Part shown: in pieces, positions 25,340 to 37,677 of the stretch
Layout: the number at the start of each line of letters is the position of its first letter
Position numbering within the stretch: position 1 is the stretch's first letter
Source: an uncultured Nitrososphaeraceae archaeon
Lineage (GTDB): Archaea; Thermoproteota; Nitrososphaeria; Nitrososphaerales; Nitrososphaeraceae
Length of the DNA: 64,000 bases
Assembly: GCA_963825865.1 (NCBI GenBank)
Contig: CAWGVG010000029.1
Location: 1 to 64,000, forward strand
Direction: 5' to 3'
Made by a program: the position numbers and the translations under genes
Notes under the pieces: generated by a model
What the model was told of the DNA's origin: nothing
The model's input: only the letters and a program-made list of their open reading frames with translations
Databases searched by the model: none

Positions 25340-25871
25340 TGTTCTTCGGATGACTTATGCAATATATCAATTTTTAATAACAATAATAGTGAAGATTTGC
25401 CCACTAACTCTATTTTCATATACTCGGCAAAAGATAAAGCTAGTATAACAGCAGCAGTTGTAGTAATTGATGATGATGTTGATTTGGACAACGTGTCCAA
25501 ATGATGATCGGTATCACCTTTTGGTAACATAGATATTATTTTTTAGTAACTAGAAAGAGTTAAAGCTGGTATATCTATTTTTTGAAGGAAATGATGATGA
25601 TAGCCACGTATAGAACAAGCTCAGTTAGATTTGTCGAAGTCAAATAAGAAAATGGGCCTAAGACCCTTGGACATGTCTACATCACAGGAAGGAGCAACAA
25701 CGTCATCAACACGAATATCAGATAATAATACTAGGGCTAGGTCTAGTAGTAAATCTAAAAAATCTTGAGTGACAAAAACGCCAAAATGACGTTTTTTAAT
25801 TTAATAGCTTTTGCTTATCTTGAAATAAATTTATCAATTTGTGTGTAAATATATGTAATAGTTGCAATATT

Positions 25872-26916
25872 AGATCTCTTGCGTAATTAGAGCTATAGTC
25901 TAACACCCTACTTGTTTTAGCCGTCTTCTTAGATTGAAATGCTGTCAGACTGTATAACTCTGAAGTTCAGGAGACCGGATATTATATCAGATACGTTATT
26001 GTACTTCCTTAATCTGTTTCTAAATTTAGTACCCATTATTCCAAACTTTTTGATCTTACATATGGTATGTTCTACTATGATCCTTAGCCTAGAATGATTC
26101 TTGTTGTAAGTTCTTTCATCACATGAAAGCAATGTACCCTTTTTCTTTTTGATACAAAGTACAGACTTTACAGTGGGAAAGTCCTTTTCAATGCCAAGAT
26201 AACCAAGATCAACTATGTTTTCAACTTGTGATGGAGTTATAGAATGATTGTGTTTGTAAATGTCATAATCATGTTTTCTTCCACTTCTGTGACCTGTCTT
26301 ATGCAGTATCAATCCTTCACTGTTTACCATCAATTGTGTCTTGACAGTATGTTTCTTCTTTCTACCTGAATAGTAACTCTTCCTTCTTCTTTTGTTCTTA
26401 GGTCTTGGAATTTCTTGTTCTGTAGAGTCTATGAAAGCCTTGAATCCAGGAAAGTACTCTTCTACTTCATCTATAGTTCTTAATCTCCTAGTACGTTTGT
26501 ATATCTTCTTTGGCAATGGAATACACTCCTTGATAAGTGGTTCCATCATTGATATATCTCTACAAACATTGCTTTGATCAAGGTCAAACAGAAATCCTGA
26601 TAATGTATATGTAATGTATAATCTGTAGTATACTAGAAGCATAACGAATCTTTCTTTAACTTTAAGCTTAAATGGTCTACCAGCACCTATATCCCGTATT
26701 CTCATCCTTGATAGAAGACGTCTTCTTTCGTGCTCTTCGTAGTTATGTTCAATTTCGTTACAAATGGATTCAAATTCAGATACAGTTACTCCGGTAAATG
26801 ACCTGAATATCAAAGGTTTCTTACATAATTTGCTATAGGACATCAAAGAGCTTGTCAGATAGATATCCTATGTGAAGAGGAATATAGCTCTAAGCTTCTA
26901 ATTACACAAGAGATCT
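25872..26916 (-). mobile_element. IS5-family element (DDE_Tnp_4 type), intact copy
   Basis: TIRs AGATCTCTTGCGTAATTAG / AGATCTCTTGTGTAATTAG. Confidence 0.92.
25929..26846 (-). CDS. IS5-family transposase
   Basis: IDSTEQ, YSGRKKKHTVK, HD, DLGYLG, RIIVEHTI. Confidence 0.93.
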   Translation of the reverse strand: MMSYSKLCKKPLIFRSFTGVTVSEFESICNEIEHNYEEHERRRLLSRMRIRDIGAGRPFKLKVKERFVMLLVYYRLYITYTLSGFLFDLDQSNVCRDISMMEPLIKECIPLPKKIYKRTRRLRTIDEVEEYFPGFKAFIDSTEQEIPRPKNKRRRKSYYSGRKKKHTVKTQLMVNSEGLILHKTGHRSGRKHDYDIYKHNHSITPSQVENIVDLGYLGIEKDFPTVKSVLCIKKKKGTLLSCDERTYNKNHSRLRIIVEHTICKIKKFGIMGTKFRNRLRKYNNVSDIISGLLNFRVIQSDSISI

Positions 26917-26923
26917 AATAAAA

Positions 26924-27388
26924 ATGGCTGATAATGATAATAAAAACACTGCAAACAACCAGACAATTATAAGGGAAAGAAGGGAAAGGGTTTGGACATT
27001 GTTGACAAGAGGTAATAATATGAAAGGGTATGAGATTGCCAAAGAGCTGAACGTTTCACCTCCAACTATTACCAGGGATATCAAGTTCCTGACTGCAGAG
27101 TCACAAAACTATCTTAATGACTTGGCTAGAGAAACCTTACCTTTTATGTATCAAATTTCGATTGAAGGAATCCGTGATATCATTAGAGAATGTTGGAATA
27201 TCTATCAGCGTGAAAACGATGAAAATCTAAACATGTATCATAAGATATCCGCAATGAAATTAGCAAAAGAGTGCAATGAAGCAATTTTTAAGTTAATTGA
27301 GGAAGGTCCATCTGTCATGTATCTAAAACAATTGCAAGAGAAATTAGCGCAAGTCGAAGATATGCAACAAGGAAGGATATCAAAATAA
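26924..27388 (+). CDS. HTH-domain protein of a repeated family
   Basis: EIAKELNVSPPTITRDI helix-turn-helix followed by a helical region. Confidence 0.8.
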   Translation: MADNDNKNTANNQTIIRERRERVWTLLTRGNNMKGYEIAKELNVSPPTITRDIKFLTAESQNYLNDLARETLPFMYQISIEGIRDIIRECWNIYQRENDENLNMYHKISAMKLAKECNEAIFKLIEEGPSVMYLKQLQEKLAQVEDMQQGRISK

Positions 27389-27402
27389 TAGAGTGAATAA
27401 AA

Positions 27403-28074
27403 ATGAAACAAATAGACAGATCAGTTAGGGATATCTTTGGTAAGCTAAATAATATGTTTCCTGACCTTGCTACTTCAACTACTACTACTACTAATAATAA
27501 TAATAATCCTTTAGCATCTACCAACATTAATTATCATGAGTGGCTGAAAAAGAATGCTAAAGATGATAGTTATTATCTTGAAAGGAATTTAGATCCACCA
27601 CGATTTGAGTTATATAAACTGGCAAAAAAATTAATTCTAGAAAACACTGAAGAATCTAAGAGACATGTGCCAGGCCTTTTGAGGACAGAAGACATGGACA
27701 ATTACTTACCTGTCCATGATCCTATGACTATGGATGAATTTGATTATTGGTTAAAGAAGGAGTTAAAGCATATTACACCAGAGCAGCGATATCAAGAGAG
27801 GAATGAACTCTACTATTTTCATGACTTGTACCGTGATAATGGTGAATATGGTTGCAATCCCACTATGAGGCCAGAGATATGTGTACCTGAATGCAGGTAT
27901 CATGGTAAGACAGGAAGGTTTGAAGACGAGGAACTTATAGCAGAACATAAGAAACATGTAGAATTCTTTGAAAAGTATAATGCTATAATCGAGATAAAAA
28001 TACAAGATGATAATAGCTTTCGTATTACACGGGTGCAGAAATATAGCAGCAATAATAATAGTACACCAAGCTAA
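27403..28074 (+). CDS. Hypothetical protein with a Cys cluster (GCNP...ICVPECRYH)
   Basis: 223-aa ORF 14 nt downstream of the HTH gene. Confidence 0.65.
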   Translation: MKQIDRSVRDIFGKLNNMFPDLATSTTTTTNNNNNPLASTNINYHEWLKKNAKDDSYYLERNLDPPRFELYKLAKKLILENTEESKRHVPGLLRTEDMDNYLPVHDPMTMDEFDYWLKKELKHITPEQRYQERNELYYFHDLYRDNGEYGCNPTMRPEICVPECRYHGKTGRFEDEELIAEHKKHVEFFEKYNAIIEIKIQDDNSFRITRVQKYSSNNNSTPS

Positions 28075-28364
28075 GCACAAATCTTGAAACGATCCATTCA
28101 ATGGATCGCATTTCTGGATGATTTAACCTCTGTCCTTTTTCTTTCTTTGAATATTAAAATGTCAAATACTACAGTTGCAAAGAATAGTCTTAGGATAATA
28201 TAATTACGCCGTCTACTACTAATAAGAATAATACCACGTCAAAGATTCCCATGGAATTTATTGCTGAGTGCATATATTGCCATGGGCTAGTTGATCTTAC
28301 TAAGAAGACACCAAGAAGCGGTATTTGTAACAGATGTATACAAGAAGCAGAGAAGCGCGAGTAT

Positions 28365-28495
28365 CTGGCTTTGCTGTTGTACACACCAGCAAGCGAGTGT
28401 GTCCCCATGACCGTCCAATGTACGTCGTCAACGACGCTATCAAAAAAGGCGTTTGTCTTTCCATTAGAAAGGTTCTCGAAAAAGTCTAGTGACAT
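28365..28495 (-). pseudogene. SnoaL/NTF2-like protein 5' fragment
   Basis: FFDSVVDDVHWTVMGTHSLAGVYNSK. Confidence 0.65.
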
Positions 28496-28715
28496 AGTCA
28501 AGTGTAAGAGCCATACATTTTCTTATGAATTATTTCCCATATGAAGCGTCGAGTATGACAAAGAAGAAGAAAGAGCCAAAATGAGGCAGCTAATGCCTGC
28601 ATTCCATACATGCGTAATTAATAGTAACATTACCTCCAAATGCATTAGGAATGTATCCTGCTCTTACCGCCAGTACCACCGACATCGTAAGCTTGGTCTT
28701 AATAATTCACATCAC

Positions 28716-28932
28716 TTAGATTTGTGCCATACCTCCATCTACAAACAGTTCGATACCTGTAACATAACTACTGTCATCCGAAGCAAGGAACGAGACGACT
28801 TTAGCGACTTCGTCAGGACTTCCCATACGCCCCATCGGTACGCTGGCCACGAGGCTAGTCTTTATCTGCTCGATCTGTTCCTTACTCTGTACCACGCTAT
28901 TGAAGATCGGTGTATCGATATAACCAGGAGGC
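28716..28932 (-). pseudogene. SDR oxidoreductase C-terminal fragment
   Basis: [35 protein letters not shown]. Confidence 0.85.
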
Positions 28933-29254
28933 CACAAACCTGGAAATTTCTAACTATGAACATGATAGACTCTTCAGCAGACCATTGCAAGTAATATGAT
29001 GTTTATGGGGTCCCGTGATTGTTTGTTATATGTCTTTGGTTTAGAAACTGCAGAAGAAAAGAAAAAGCTAAAGCAAACTATCGCATAATAGAAAAGCCAT
29101 GTCGTCAGAACCACTCTATAATATACCTCCATCCAGATATCTGAAGTGTGATTACAAGTGCGTCCAAATGTAAGTTAACTTTGTTGAGTAATCTTTTAAT
29201 TGTCTAATTATCTAAATATACAATGCATTAGTCAATAATGCAAACCGTAAGTCT

Positions 29255-29692
29255 ATGTTCAACACAAATATGTCTATAAGGCTAAGTTCTATGGCTGTTG
29301 TATTAGCAGCAGCAATAGCATCTGCTAGTGCAGTATTGGAAATTGGAATTATTAATGGGGGTCAAGCTCAAGTAACACCATCACCAATCCCTTCGCCATC
29401 ACCTACTAATACTACTGTTTCACCGGCGCTAAAATCAAAACTATGTGATCCTAATAACCCAAAGCTTAGGTTTGTTAATACAACTGAGTCAAATATATGT
29501 GGTATTCCAAAAACAATAAAAAACGTCACAACAACAACACCTACACCTACACCTTCATCATCACCAAAGCCAATAACACCACCTTCATCATCACCAAAGC
29601 CAATAACACCACCTTCATCATCACCAAAGCCAATAACACCACCTTCAGAAACAACACCAACGCCACAGGAACCCATACCTGGATTACCATAA
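29255..29692 (+). CDS. Secreted Pro/Thr-rich protein with three 30-bp tandem repeats
   Basis: Signal peptide; accttcatcatcaccaaagccaataacacc x3 at 29551-29640. Confidence 0.75.
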   Translation: MFNTNMSIRLSSMAVVLAAAIASASAVLEIGIINGGQAQVTPSPIPSPSPTNTTVSPALKSKLCDPNNPKLRFVNTTESNICGIPKTIKNVTTTTPTPTPSSSPKPITPPSSSPKPITPPSSSPKPITPPSETTPTPQEPIPGLP

Positions 29693-29944
29693 CTAATAAT
29701 AATAATATCACTCACCTATGATCTGCCACTATAACTACTACCAACTAAGATGATAATAGAAGATCCTACTGATTAACAAAATTGTCAAGACCTAACCGAG
29801 ATTTCAAATTATGTATCGGTTTGCTCATATGTCCTGTTGAACTACTACTGTTATCAGATACTTTTAAACTATCATCAGTGGTGTTAACTTAACAATTATG
29901 ACTTTACTAACCTCTTAAGTTGGCGATACAGCCCCCTATCATCA

Positions 29945-30193
29945 TCAACAAATCTTATATATCGTTACTTTTGATTTTTGCATACGATGTTGATATTGCA
30001 AAGACCATATACATTGACTGTATGATGACCATATCTCTTTCCATTTAAAACCACAAATATTACAGGTCTTCATTTGAATAGAGTCGGTGTTATCTACCCT
30101 ACGTCTTTCGACTGTTAAACAGCCAGTTGACTTACAATTAGGACAGCAATATGATGGCACTTTTGTGAGCTGATCAACTCCAAACTGAACCAA
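29945..30193 (-). CDS. Small zinc-ribbon protein
   Basis: CPNC...CNICG. Confidence 0.55.
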   Translation of the reverse strand: MVQFGVDQLTKVPSYCCPNCKSTGCLTVERRRVDNTDSIQMKTCNICGFKWKEIWSSYSQCIWSLQYQHRMQKSKVTIYKIC

Positions 30194-30671
30194 CGTTAGT
30201 ATGAAATATTACTAATTTGTGTTATTAATTTTTAGAGAACCATGTTAAGCAAGATTTTTAAGTATTAATTCACCCCAAAGAAGTTTTAATAATTTGAATG
30301 GATCAAATGTCTGAGAAAAATAATATAATATGACATGAAAAATAAATAGGAAGATTTTTTATTGTTTTGTTTTGTTTATGGGATTGTTGTTGTATCTTAT
30401 CCTACTGCATAGTGAGGTAAAGTAAACTACCACTACACTAAGTTCTTTTAATCTCTCACATCGTACAAATATCCTCATATTCGTCCTGGTAGGCAGGTAT
30501 GACTAATTTAGTCAGAGTCATAGTAGAAATAAACCTCTTGCGTAATTGAAAGCTGTTAAGTAAAATGATTTAGCTCACTCACCGCATCGTAAGTCTTCCC
30601 ATAATATATTTTGCAAGCATATACGTAATATCATATCTAGAACACCTACATCTACTTGAGCAGTTAGGAGT

Positions 30672-30875
30672 TCAGGACAATCCTAACCTGTAATCTGCAT
30701 CTAAAAAAGCAAGCCTGGAATAGGTGTTAGCTGGAAAGTGATGGCACTCATCAAAGATAAGAAGTCTGAATCGCTCGTTTGTCAGGTGTGTTAAAGCGCT
30801 TTCATATGTGGATATTATTATATCTGCGTATCTTTTGGCTGTGTCCTTTCTACTACTAGCTCCTCCTCCATACAA
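30672..30875 (-). pseudogene. SF2 (XPB-like) helicase fragment
   Basis: ISTYES, LLIFDECHH, RLGLS. Confidence 0.75.
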
Positions 30876-30974
30876 TAATCGCCATCCTAACCATGGTTAA
30901 TTACTCTGAGTTTGGCTGCTCTAGCATGGAAACAATTATGCCGGCGGCCTTTCTTTAAGACTTTGAAAGAGGGA

Positions 30975-31361
30975 AAATTAGTAACTATAGAAATAGACAG
31001 ATCAATTGCAGATATCGCAAGAAAAAATTTAGCTGATGCTGACCTTTCAAAGATAATAAATGTTATAGTTGGTAATGCTTTAGAGATAATTCCCAGGCTT
31101 GATTTGAAATTTGACTTGTTATTTTTAGATGCAGCCAAAGATGAATATTTGACATACCTGAAGTTAGCTGAAGACAAGGCTCTGAAGAGAGGTGCTGTAA
31201 TTATTGCAGATAACGTAGAAGTCTCCAAAAATGAAATGCTAGATTATTTGGAGTATGTAAGGAGTTCTGGTGGAATATACAAAAGTGAAACTATCGAAAC
31301 TGCATTGGAGTTTACTCCAAATGTAAGGGATGCAATAGAAGTAAGTATTAAGGCTACTTGA
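30975..31361 (+). pseudogene. O-methyltransferase, C-terminal part
   Basis: VTIEID, FDLLFLDAAK, IIADNV. Confidence 0.75.
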
Positions 31362-31493
31362 TGATGAAATAATAACGATCTTTTAGATTATAAAAAACAA
31401 TGATCCTCCCAGTCACAATATGGAATTAGCTCATGTTATGAGAAATTAGGATTTTAAAGACAATATGTTTGCATAGTAACAGATCCTAATATC

Positions 31494-32189
31494 TCAGTAC
31501 CCTTCAGCCTTTATCCATGATACTAATAAGAGGTCTAAGGGCCAGCTCCAGTCAAAAGGAATATACTTACTCGACCTGCCATTCCACTCCCATTTAAAGC
31601 CCATTGCATCCACCTCATCAGTTACAGCTTTTCCCCATGTTGCAACTGCTCCCGGTCCTACCTCGCTTCCAGGCGGGTTAAGTGTTATAACTCGTTTGCC
31701 AGGCGGAGTCATAGGTCCACTTAAAGCTTCAGCCTTCGCAACCACCTTTCCTGGTATCTCTGCGCTCCAATGACCAAGATCGTCTGCTACTTCGAATTTG
31801 ATAGGAACAAACTCTAATCCACGGACCTCTCCTATGAGCTTCGCGAATTCAGCCATAAAGCCACCGGCCTTTCCAGTGAAAATCATCTCCAGAGCTTCTC
31901 GCTGTTGTTGATTGGCTTGCTCATCAAAGAATAAGCCAAGACTTACTTTTGTCTTTCCGTCACCTGCCCAGATATTACCCGTGAAACTTCCCAGCGCTAA
32001 TACGTTTAAACCATCCAGAGGTGTTTCTCCATATTGTCCCTTATGTATATGGTACACAAGAACTCCATCGCAATCACCAAAAGTCGGAGTCTGGGCGAAC
32101 TCGCATGGACATGGTATGTTGCATTTGCAAACATCAAACCAACCTCCAGAAACCATCCACTTCGGGATATCAGTAGTAATAGTCGCCAT
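31494..32189 (-). CDS. DUF1326 protein
   Basis: CKCNIPCPC..PTFGDC motif. Confidence 0.85.
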   Translation of the reverse strand: MATITTDIPKWMVSGGWFDVCKCNIPCPCEFAQTPTFGDCDGVLVYHIHKGQYGETPLDGLNVLALGSFTGNIWAGDGKTKVSLGLFFDEQANQQQREALEMIFTGKAGGFMAEFAKLIGEVRGLEFVPIKFEVADDLGHWSAEIPGKVVAKAEALSGPMTPPGKRVITLNPPGSEVGPGAVATWGKAVTDEVDAMGFKWEWNGRSSKYIPFDWSWPLDLLLVSWIKAEGY

Positions 32190-32400
32190 ATCGCTAAGTA
32201 CCAGGATAACTATTTTAGCATTACATGTATTTTGATTTGGGTCTTAGTAGAAGCAAGGAAGATCATTGTCTTGTTACTCGCAATGCATAAAACTAACTTT
32301 TATCTAATAACTATGTAAAGAAATTGCAGCTTGTCCTAAGCAGGAAAATGGAACGCCATTGTAAAAAGAGGATAGGAGAATAGAACATTTGAACTCGCAT

Positions 32401-32897
32401 ATGGAACAACAATCAATACAATGGAGAAGAGATAAAGTCCAGGAGTTAAGTAGTCAAGGCAATAGTCAAAGAGAGATATCTAAAATATTGCAAGTTGGCA
32501 TAGGTACGGTAAACAGAGATTTATCTTACCTTCGACAGCAAGCTAAAGAAAATATCAGAAGATACATTGACGAAAGGCTTCCAGAAGAGTACACGAGAAA
32601 TGTCTGGTCGGGTTAACAGTAATTCTAAGGGAAGCATGGAGTATTTCACAGCAGGCAGAAGACAGGAGAGAGAAGATACAAGCATTATCATTAGCCAAGG
32701 AGTGTTATTCTATGAAACTTGATCTCAACTAATGCTACAGTAGTAGATGATTCTATTAGGTTTGTTGAGCACTCTAGTGATAAGTTGACATCAAAGAAAG
32801 AAGAAAGTAAAGGAGCTGATTATAACTGCAAAAACAGAGAATTAGAAGAGGATCAGGCAGAACAAACTCGAAATACGGTTACAAACCAAGTCTTTTG
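32401..32897 (+). pseudogene. HTH protein of the repeated family, frameshifted
   Basis: RRDKVQELSSQG.SQREISKILQVGIGTVNRDL...LSLAKECY. Confidence 0.75.
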
Positions 32898-34411
32898 AAC
32901 TTTATGTTTAACGGGCTACTATTTTTAAATAGTATAGTCATTTAAAAATCAAGATTCCGCTACATTATTCGATTAAATATGTTAGGAGACTTGATCTATG
33001 AAGCAAAAGGTAAGGTTACCGGTATTAGAGTATTGGATGTTGAAGGAGGAGTACCAAAGGTAGAAACTACTATTTCACAGAATGGTAATTTGAGAGAAGG
33101 AACTGATGCGGCTAATTTGTGCAGCTTAATGGTGGAAATCGCACCTAATCTGGCTCGTTCATTCCCAAAATAGTCGTAATTATCTTCTCCTACTGCCCGT
33201 AATTCTATTTTTATGTCTCTGGCGGTCGGTATCTGTAATGTCTCAACAGGATTAGAGGCAGATTGTCTGCTAATGTCGATATCAGACAGTAAGGCACAAT
33301 CTATAAAATCCAAGTCCAAATCATAAGGCCTATTCAAATCTGCGGGAAATAATCGGGTTGTTTTGTACCACTCGACAAAACCTTCATTATCTTTTCCTAA
33401 CGGATTAAGATCAAAGTCGGGCGTTCTTACCAAAACCCGTATGGATAAAATAGGCGTATCAATATCTGGTCATGAGGGGTCGGTTACATCGGTGGCAGCA
33501 AGACCTCTATTGCCTTGTTGAATAGACAATAATTCTGCTCGAACGTTGGGATATCTCTTTTTTTCTTCTTTGCATCAGCAATTCCTTTTCAAAGTCCGGG
33601 AGCAATTACGTCTTTGTGTTGTTGTTGTTGAGGACCAGTTCAGTTATACCCGGGTATCATTCCTGCTAAGCTGATCTGTACTGTTCTCTTGTGCATTTAT
33701 TGGGTAAAGTGCCTTGGCAGAACTTGCTCCAAATGTCGCTCCTCTTGTTATTGATACTGTGTAATTAATAAATAATTTGGGTTGAGTATACTTCTAGTAA
33801 ACGAACGTTCTCTACCCACACTGTGTATACCTTTGCAACATGCTTTCTGGATAGTTCAAACTTTTTTGCTTTCTTGTTGATTTTCCGTTAAGATCAATCT
33901 TGTCTACGATGACCTTCGTTTTAGTTGCAATGAATTCAAGTGCCCATTATTTGTCTGATTTTCTATATGATGCGAAACTATGTATATTCCAGCTCAAGTT
34001 ATGCAATACTTTTTTTCTTTAGTTAGTGATATTCAGTTAGTAATACCTTCACTATGGTACTATCGTAACGGAAGTGTCGGTATATTAGATATACCCTGAA
34101 AGGGAACAACTACAACTAATACAAAATCAGAAGGGGCAGATGAAGGAGAAATTAAATCTAGCAGAGAACAGCACTATGAGCTATGAAAAGGTAAAGTGCT
34201 GCAAAGATTGCAAGCATAGTACACACATGGTATTATGCTTAAATCACAATACCTCTATTTTGAGTTCAAACTAAAAATAACTAGTAGCAGGTGGTAACAG
34301 ATGAAAGCAGATGGAAACAAGGAGGCAGCAGGGATAATAATATTGGTAGCAGGTGGTAGCAGCTTTATCATTCTTTTTTATTTCGTATTTATTATAACCA
34401 TATAGGGATAT

Positions 34412-35535
34412 ATGGTATCAACAAGACAGCAAAGGGAAAAGCTTGTTTTAGATCTTTATCATAATCAAGGCAAAAACACACGCGAGATAGCTGAAGAAGC
34501 CAGAATGTCATTTAGTGCGATAGGCGCAATTCTGAAAAAGGCAGAGGAAGAAAAGGAGCCACAGGGCGAGCAAGAACAAAAGCTGTCTCTAGCCTCCCAA
34601 GCTTACAAACTATATTCCGAACGTAAAAAAACTCTGGCACAAGTAGCTATTGCATTGAACCTAAGAGAGCCTGAAGTAACCAAATTCTACATGGAGTACT
34701 GTAAGCTAACTCAACTTGACAGCCTTTGTCGGATTTATGATAAAATTAAAGATGACATTTATCTTTTTGTAAAGTTGTATATGCTGTCTAAGGCGGCACG
34801 TATGAGTACACAAGATGTGGTTAACCTTCTTACAGTTGCTAATAATGAGCTACCATCAGTGGAATATAGATGTGAAAAACTCAAAAGAGAAGCATCCCTA
34901 AAAGCTGGTAATCAGAATTCAGCCAGAACTCTTCAGGAATTGAGCTATCTAATATCAACTACACGCAACACCTTGGATCAATATGGGTTATCCTGTAAAC
35001 AACGAAGATTAGAGATGGACAACACAAACAAAGAATATACAATGATAAAGGGCCTTTGTAAAAGACTTTCGGGATAACAATGAAGAATATGTCAAAATCA
35101 AACAGACAGTTAAAAGAGAAGTCGAAAGCATTCTAACAGCTCGCAGACATTTATTGAAATTGGCTGTTCTATCTATAGTCGGTTCCTTACGAAAAGATTC
35201 CCGGAAGTTTTATGCATTGTATTATAATATGTCCTCCTCTTCTGCAAAATCATCATCCTTACCAAAAACAACTAGCGACGTGAGTCAACAACACTATAAT
35301 TATGTACCATTTATGAATGAACAAAATTTGCCCAGTCATCGATTACAGCAACGAAGAGATTTGCGAGAAGATATTGTTAGATGAATCTGAGGAGCTTTAT
35401 GACAAAATTGTAGAAGACCTTACAAATAAGACCATTAGTGATGTAGCAAGTGACAGTAAATCATCATTATCATTGTCATTAGCCCACAATGAACTATCAG
35501 GTTTACAAAAATCTCGGATGATGCGAGATATGTAA
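34412..35535 (+). pseudogene. HTH + coiled-coil protein, frameshifted
   Basis: Three consecutive ORFs; N-terminal HTH GKNTREIAEEARMSF. Confidence 0.7.
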
Positions 35536-36009
35536 GATAACGATATAAGAATTCTGATTGATCCGCTACTGTAGCGGATGTCATCATCAAATTGCAAGAG
35601 ATAACAATACTAACTCTTAATTATGTTGGTTTTAACTAACGTTTGCAATGCTTTAAAAATATAAAACAGAATAATATTCTTCATAACTCAAGAGAAGCCG
35701 ACTCCTGATAATGAGTTGATGTACATTGACACAATATTATGATAATAATAATTTTATCATATTAACTTATTTCGTTATGAAAATTTCATAAAATCTCATT
35801 GTTGCGAAATTAATTGTCAGATATTCCTTCTTGAATGCTAATATTTAGAACAATGCTGATAATTGTAAAGTGTGATAATAGCTATATTGTTATACGGTCA
35901 GGTCTAGCGGGGATGTACGTAAAATATGAAATGGAAAACGATACTGGTGGTGATAGCAGCGATAGCAACCATGTAAGTTTAAATCTTAAAATATTAATAA
36001 AAAGTAATA

Positions 36010-36393
36010 TTACATTACAATTAATTTAACATTATCAATCTTTTTGTTAGACTGAAACTTTTTTATCATATCTCTAATTTCGTTTGCGTCACCTTTTAAA
36101 AGAAAAATCTCAAGACATCTGTCTCTGTCAATCTTACTATGTAAATGTGTATTTATTAGTTTATCATAAGCATGTCTTAACTCGGTCATCTCTTCATCAG
36201 ATTTCTCATCGTGAATTGCTAGAAGTAAAGCATGAAGTAATCCAGTTAAGTCCTGTCTTGTTCTCTCTTCAGATAACAAATTTCTTACTCCTGCTCGAAC
36301 TATTTCTGATCTTCCTGAAAAACCAAGTAATTTTTGTAACTTCTCCATCTCACTTAGAATTTCGTTATTCAATGATACACTAACGATGGTCAA
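36010..36393 (-). CDS. CopG/NikR-family metal-responsive regulator
   Basis: RHH N-terminus SGRSEIVR, THLH..CLEIF. Confidence 0.88.
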   Translation of the reverse strand: MTIVSVSLNNEILSEMEKLQKLLGFSGRSEIVRAGVRNLLSEERTRQDLTGLLHALLLAIHDEKSDEEMTELRHAYDKLINTHLHSKIDRDRCLEIFLLKGDANEIRDMIKKFQSNKKIDNVKLIVM

Positions 36394-36683
36394 GATGATG
36401 CTCAGATATTATTAACTAATATAAGTGTTTAAATATATATATTAATAAATTCTGGCTTAGATATTAATAACATTAAAAGACAATTTTATTTTTTAACTAG
36501 AAATTTTGGATAAATTATTTTTGTTGTAAGTAGGAAAATTTTAAAAAAGTAACAAGATAACAAATTATAGCGTTAGGATCTATTCAATTGTAGTCAACTC
36601 AGATTATTAACTTATTTATATAGATTTAATTAAAGATTATTAACAAAAGTATATATTATTATTAAATACAAGTAGAGGAGTTA

Positions 36684-37677
36684 ATGAAACAGCCGACACA
36701 GATATCAATAGCAATATCAGGTATAGCAATTTTGCTTTATTCTACTATATTAGCAATATTACCTTTCAACTTGTACATCGGCTAATTCTATAACTTTTAT
36801 CAATGGTACAAATACCAATAATAGTATCTCCAACAGCAATGCCTTTAATCATACAAAACTAAAAGTTGTTGCATCCTTCTTTCCAATTTATGAATTTGTT
36901 AAATCTGTAGGAAGAGATAGGGTAGATGCATCAGTCTTTATTCCTGTTGGTTCAGAGCCTCATGACTTTGATCCCACTATACAGCAAATACAGAATGCGA
37001 ACTCGGCAGATATGTTGGCATACAATGGTGCGGGAATGGAGGCCACATGGATAAATAAATTAAGTCCAAAATTTGTGGTAGATACTAGCAACGGAATAAA
37101 TTTGCTTGTAGCCAATGGCCTCGATATTCATGCACCAACCGATCCACACATTTGGTTGGATCCAATTCTAGCAATACAACAAGTTGAAAATATTCGTGAT
37201 GGACTGATAAAGGTAGATCCAAAGAATGCAGTATACTATAATCAGAATGCTGAGAAGTTTATCGGACAACTTAAAGCTTTAGATGCTTCTATAAGGTCAC
37301 AACTCTCTATCTCTAACTGTGAAAAAAGAGACTTTGTAGCATTCCATCAAGCCTTTGAGTATTTTGCAAAAAGATATGGATTAAATCAGCATAGCATTCA
37401 TGAAGGACTAACACCAGAAGGAGAAATACTGCCACAAAGACTAGTTCAAGTTGTACAACTTGCACATAATTTAGGAATAAATGTCATTTACTCCGAGGAT
37501 TTGATTGACCCCCGTTCCTCACAAGCAATCGCTCAAGAAATTCCTAATGGTAAAGTAATAGTCCTAAGTCCAATTGAAGGTATAAACAAACAAGAACAAC
37601 GAGATGGCATTGGATATCTGGATAAGATGAATCAAGACACATCATCCCTTAAGGTAGGCCTTCAATGCAAAAAGTAG
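36684..37677 (+). CDS. znuA: Zn/Mn ABC transporter substrate-binding protein (frameshift near 36780)
   Basis: EPHDFDP, DPHIWLDP, FHQAF. Confidence 0.85.

Noticed and set aside
29368-29721. Overlapping repeat ORFs
   Set aside because: Shadow frames of the 30-bp repeats in the Pro/Thr-rich secreted protein
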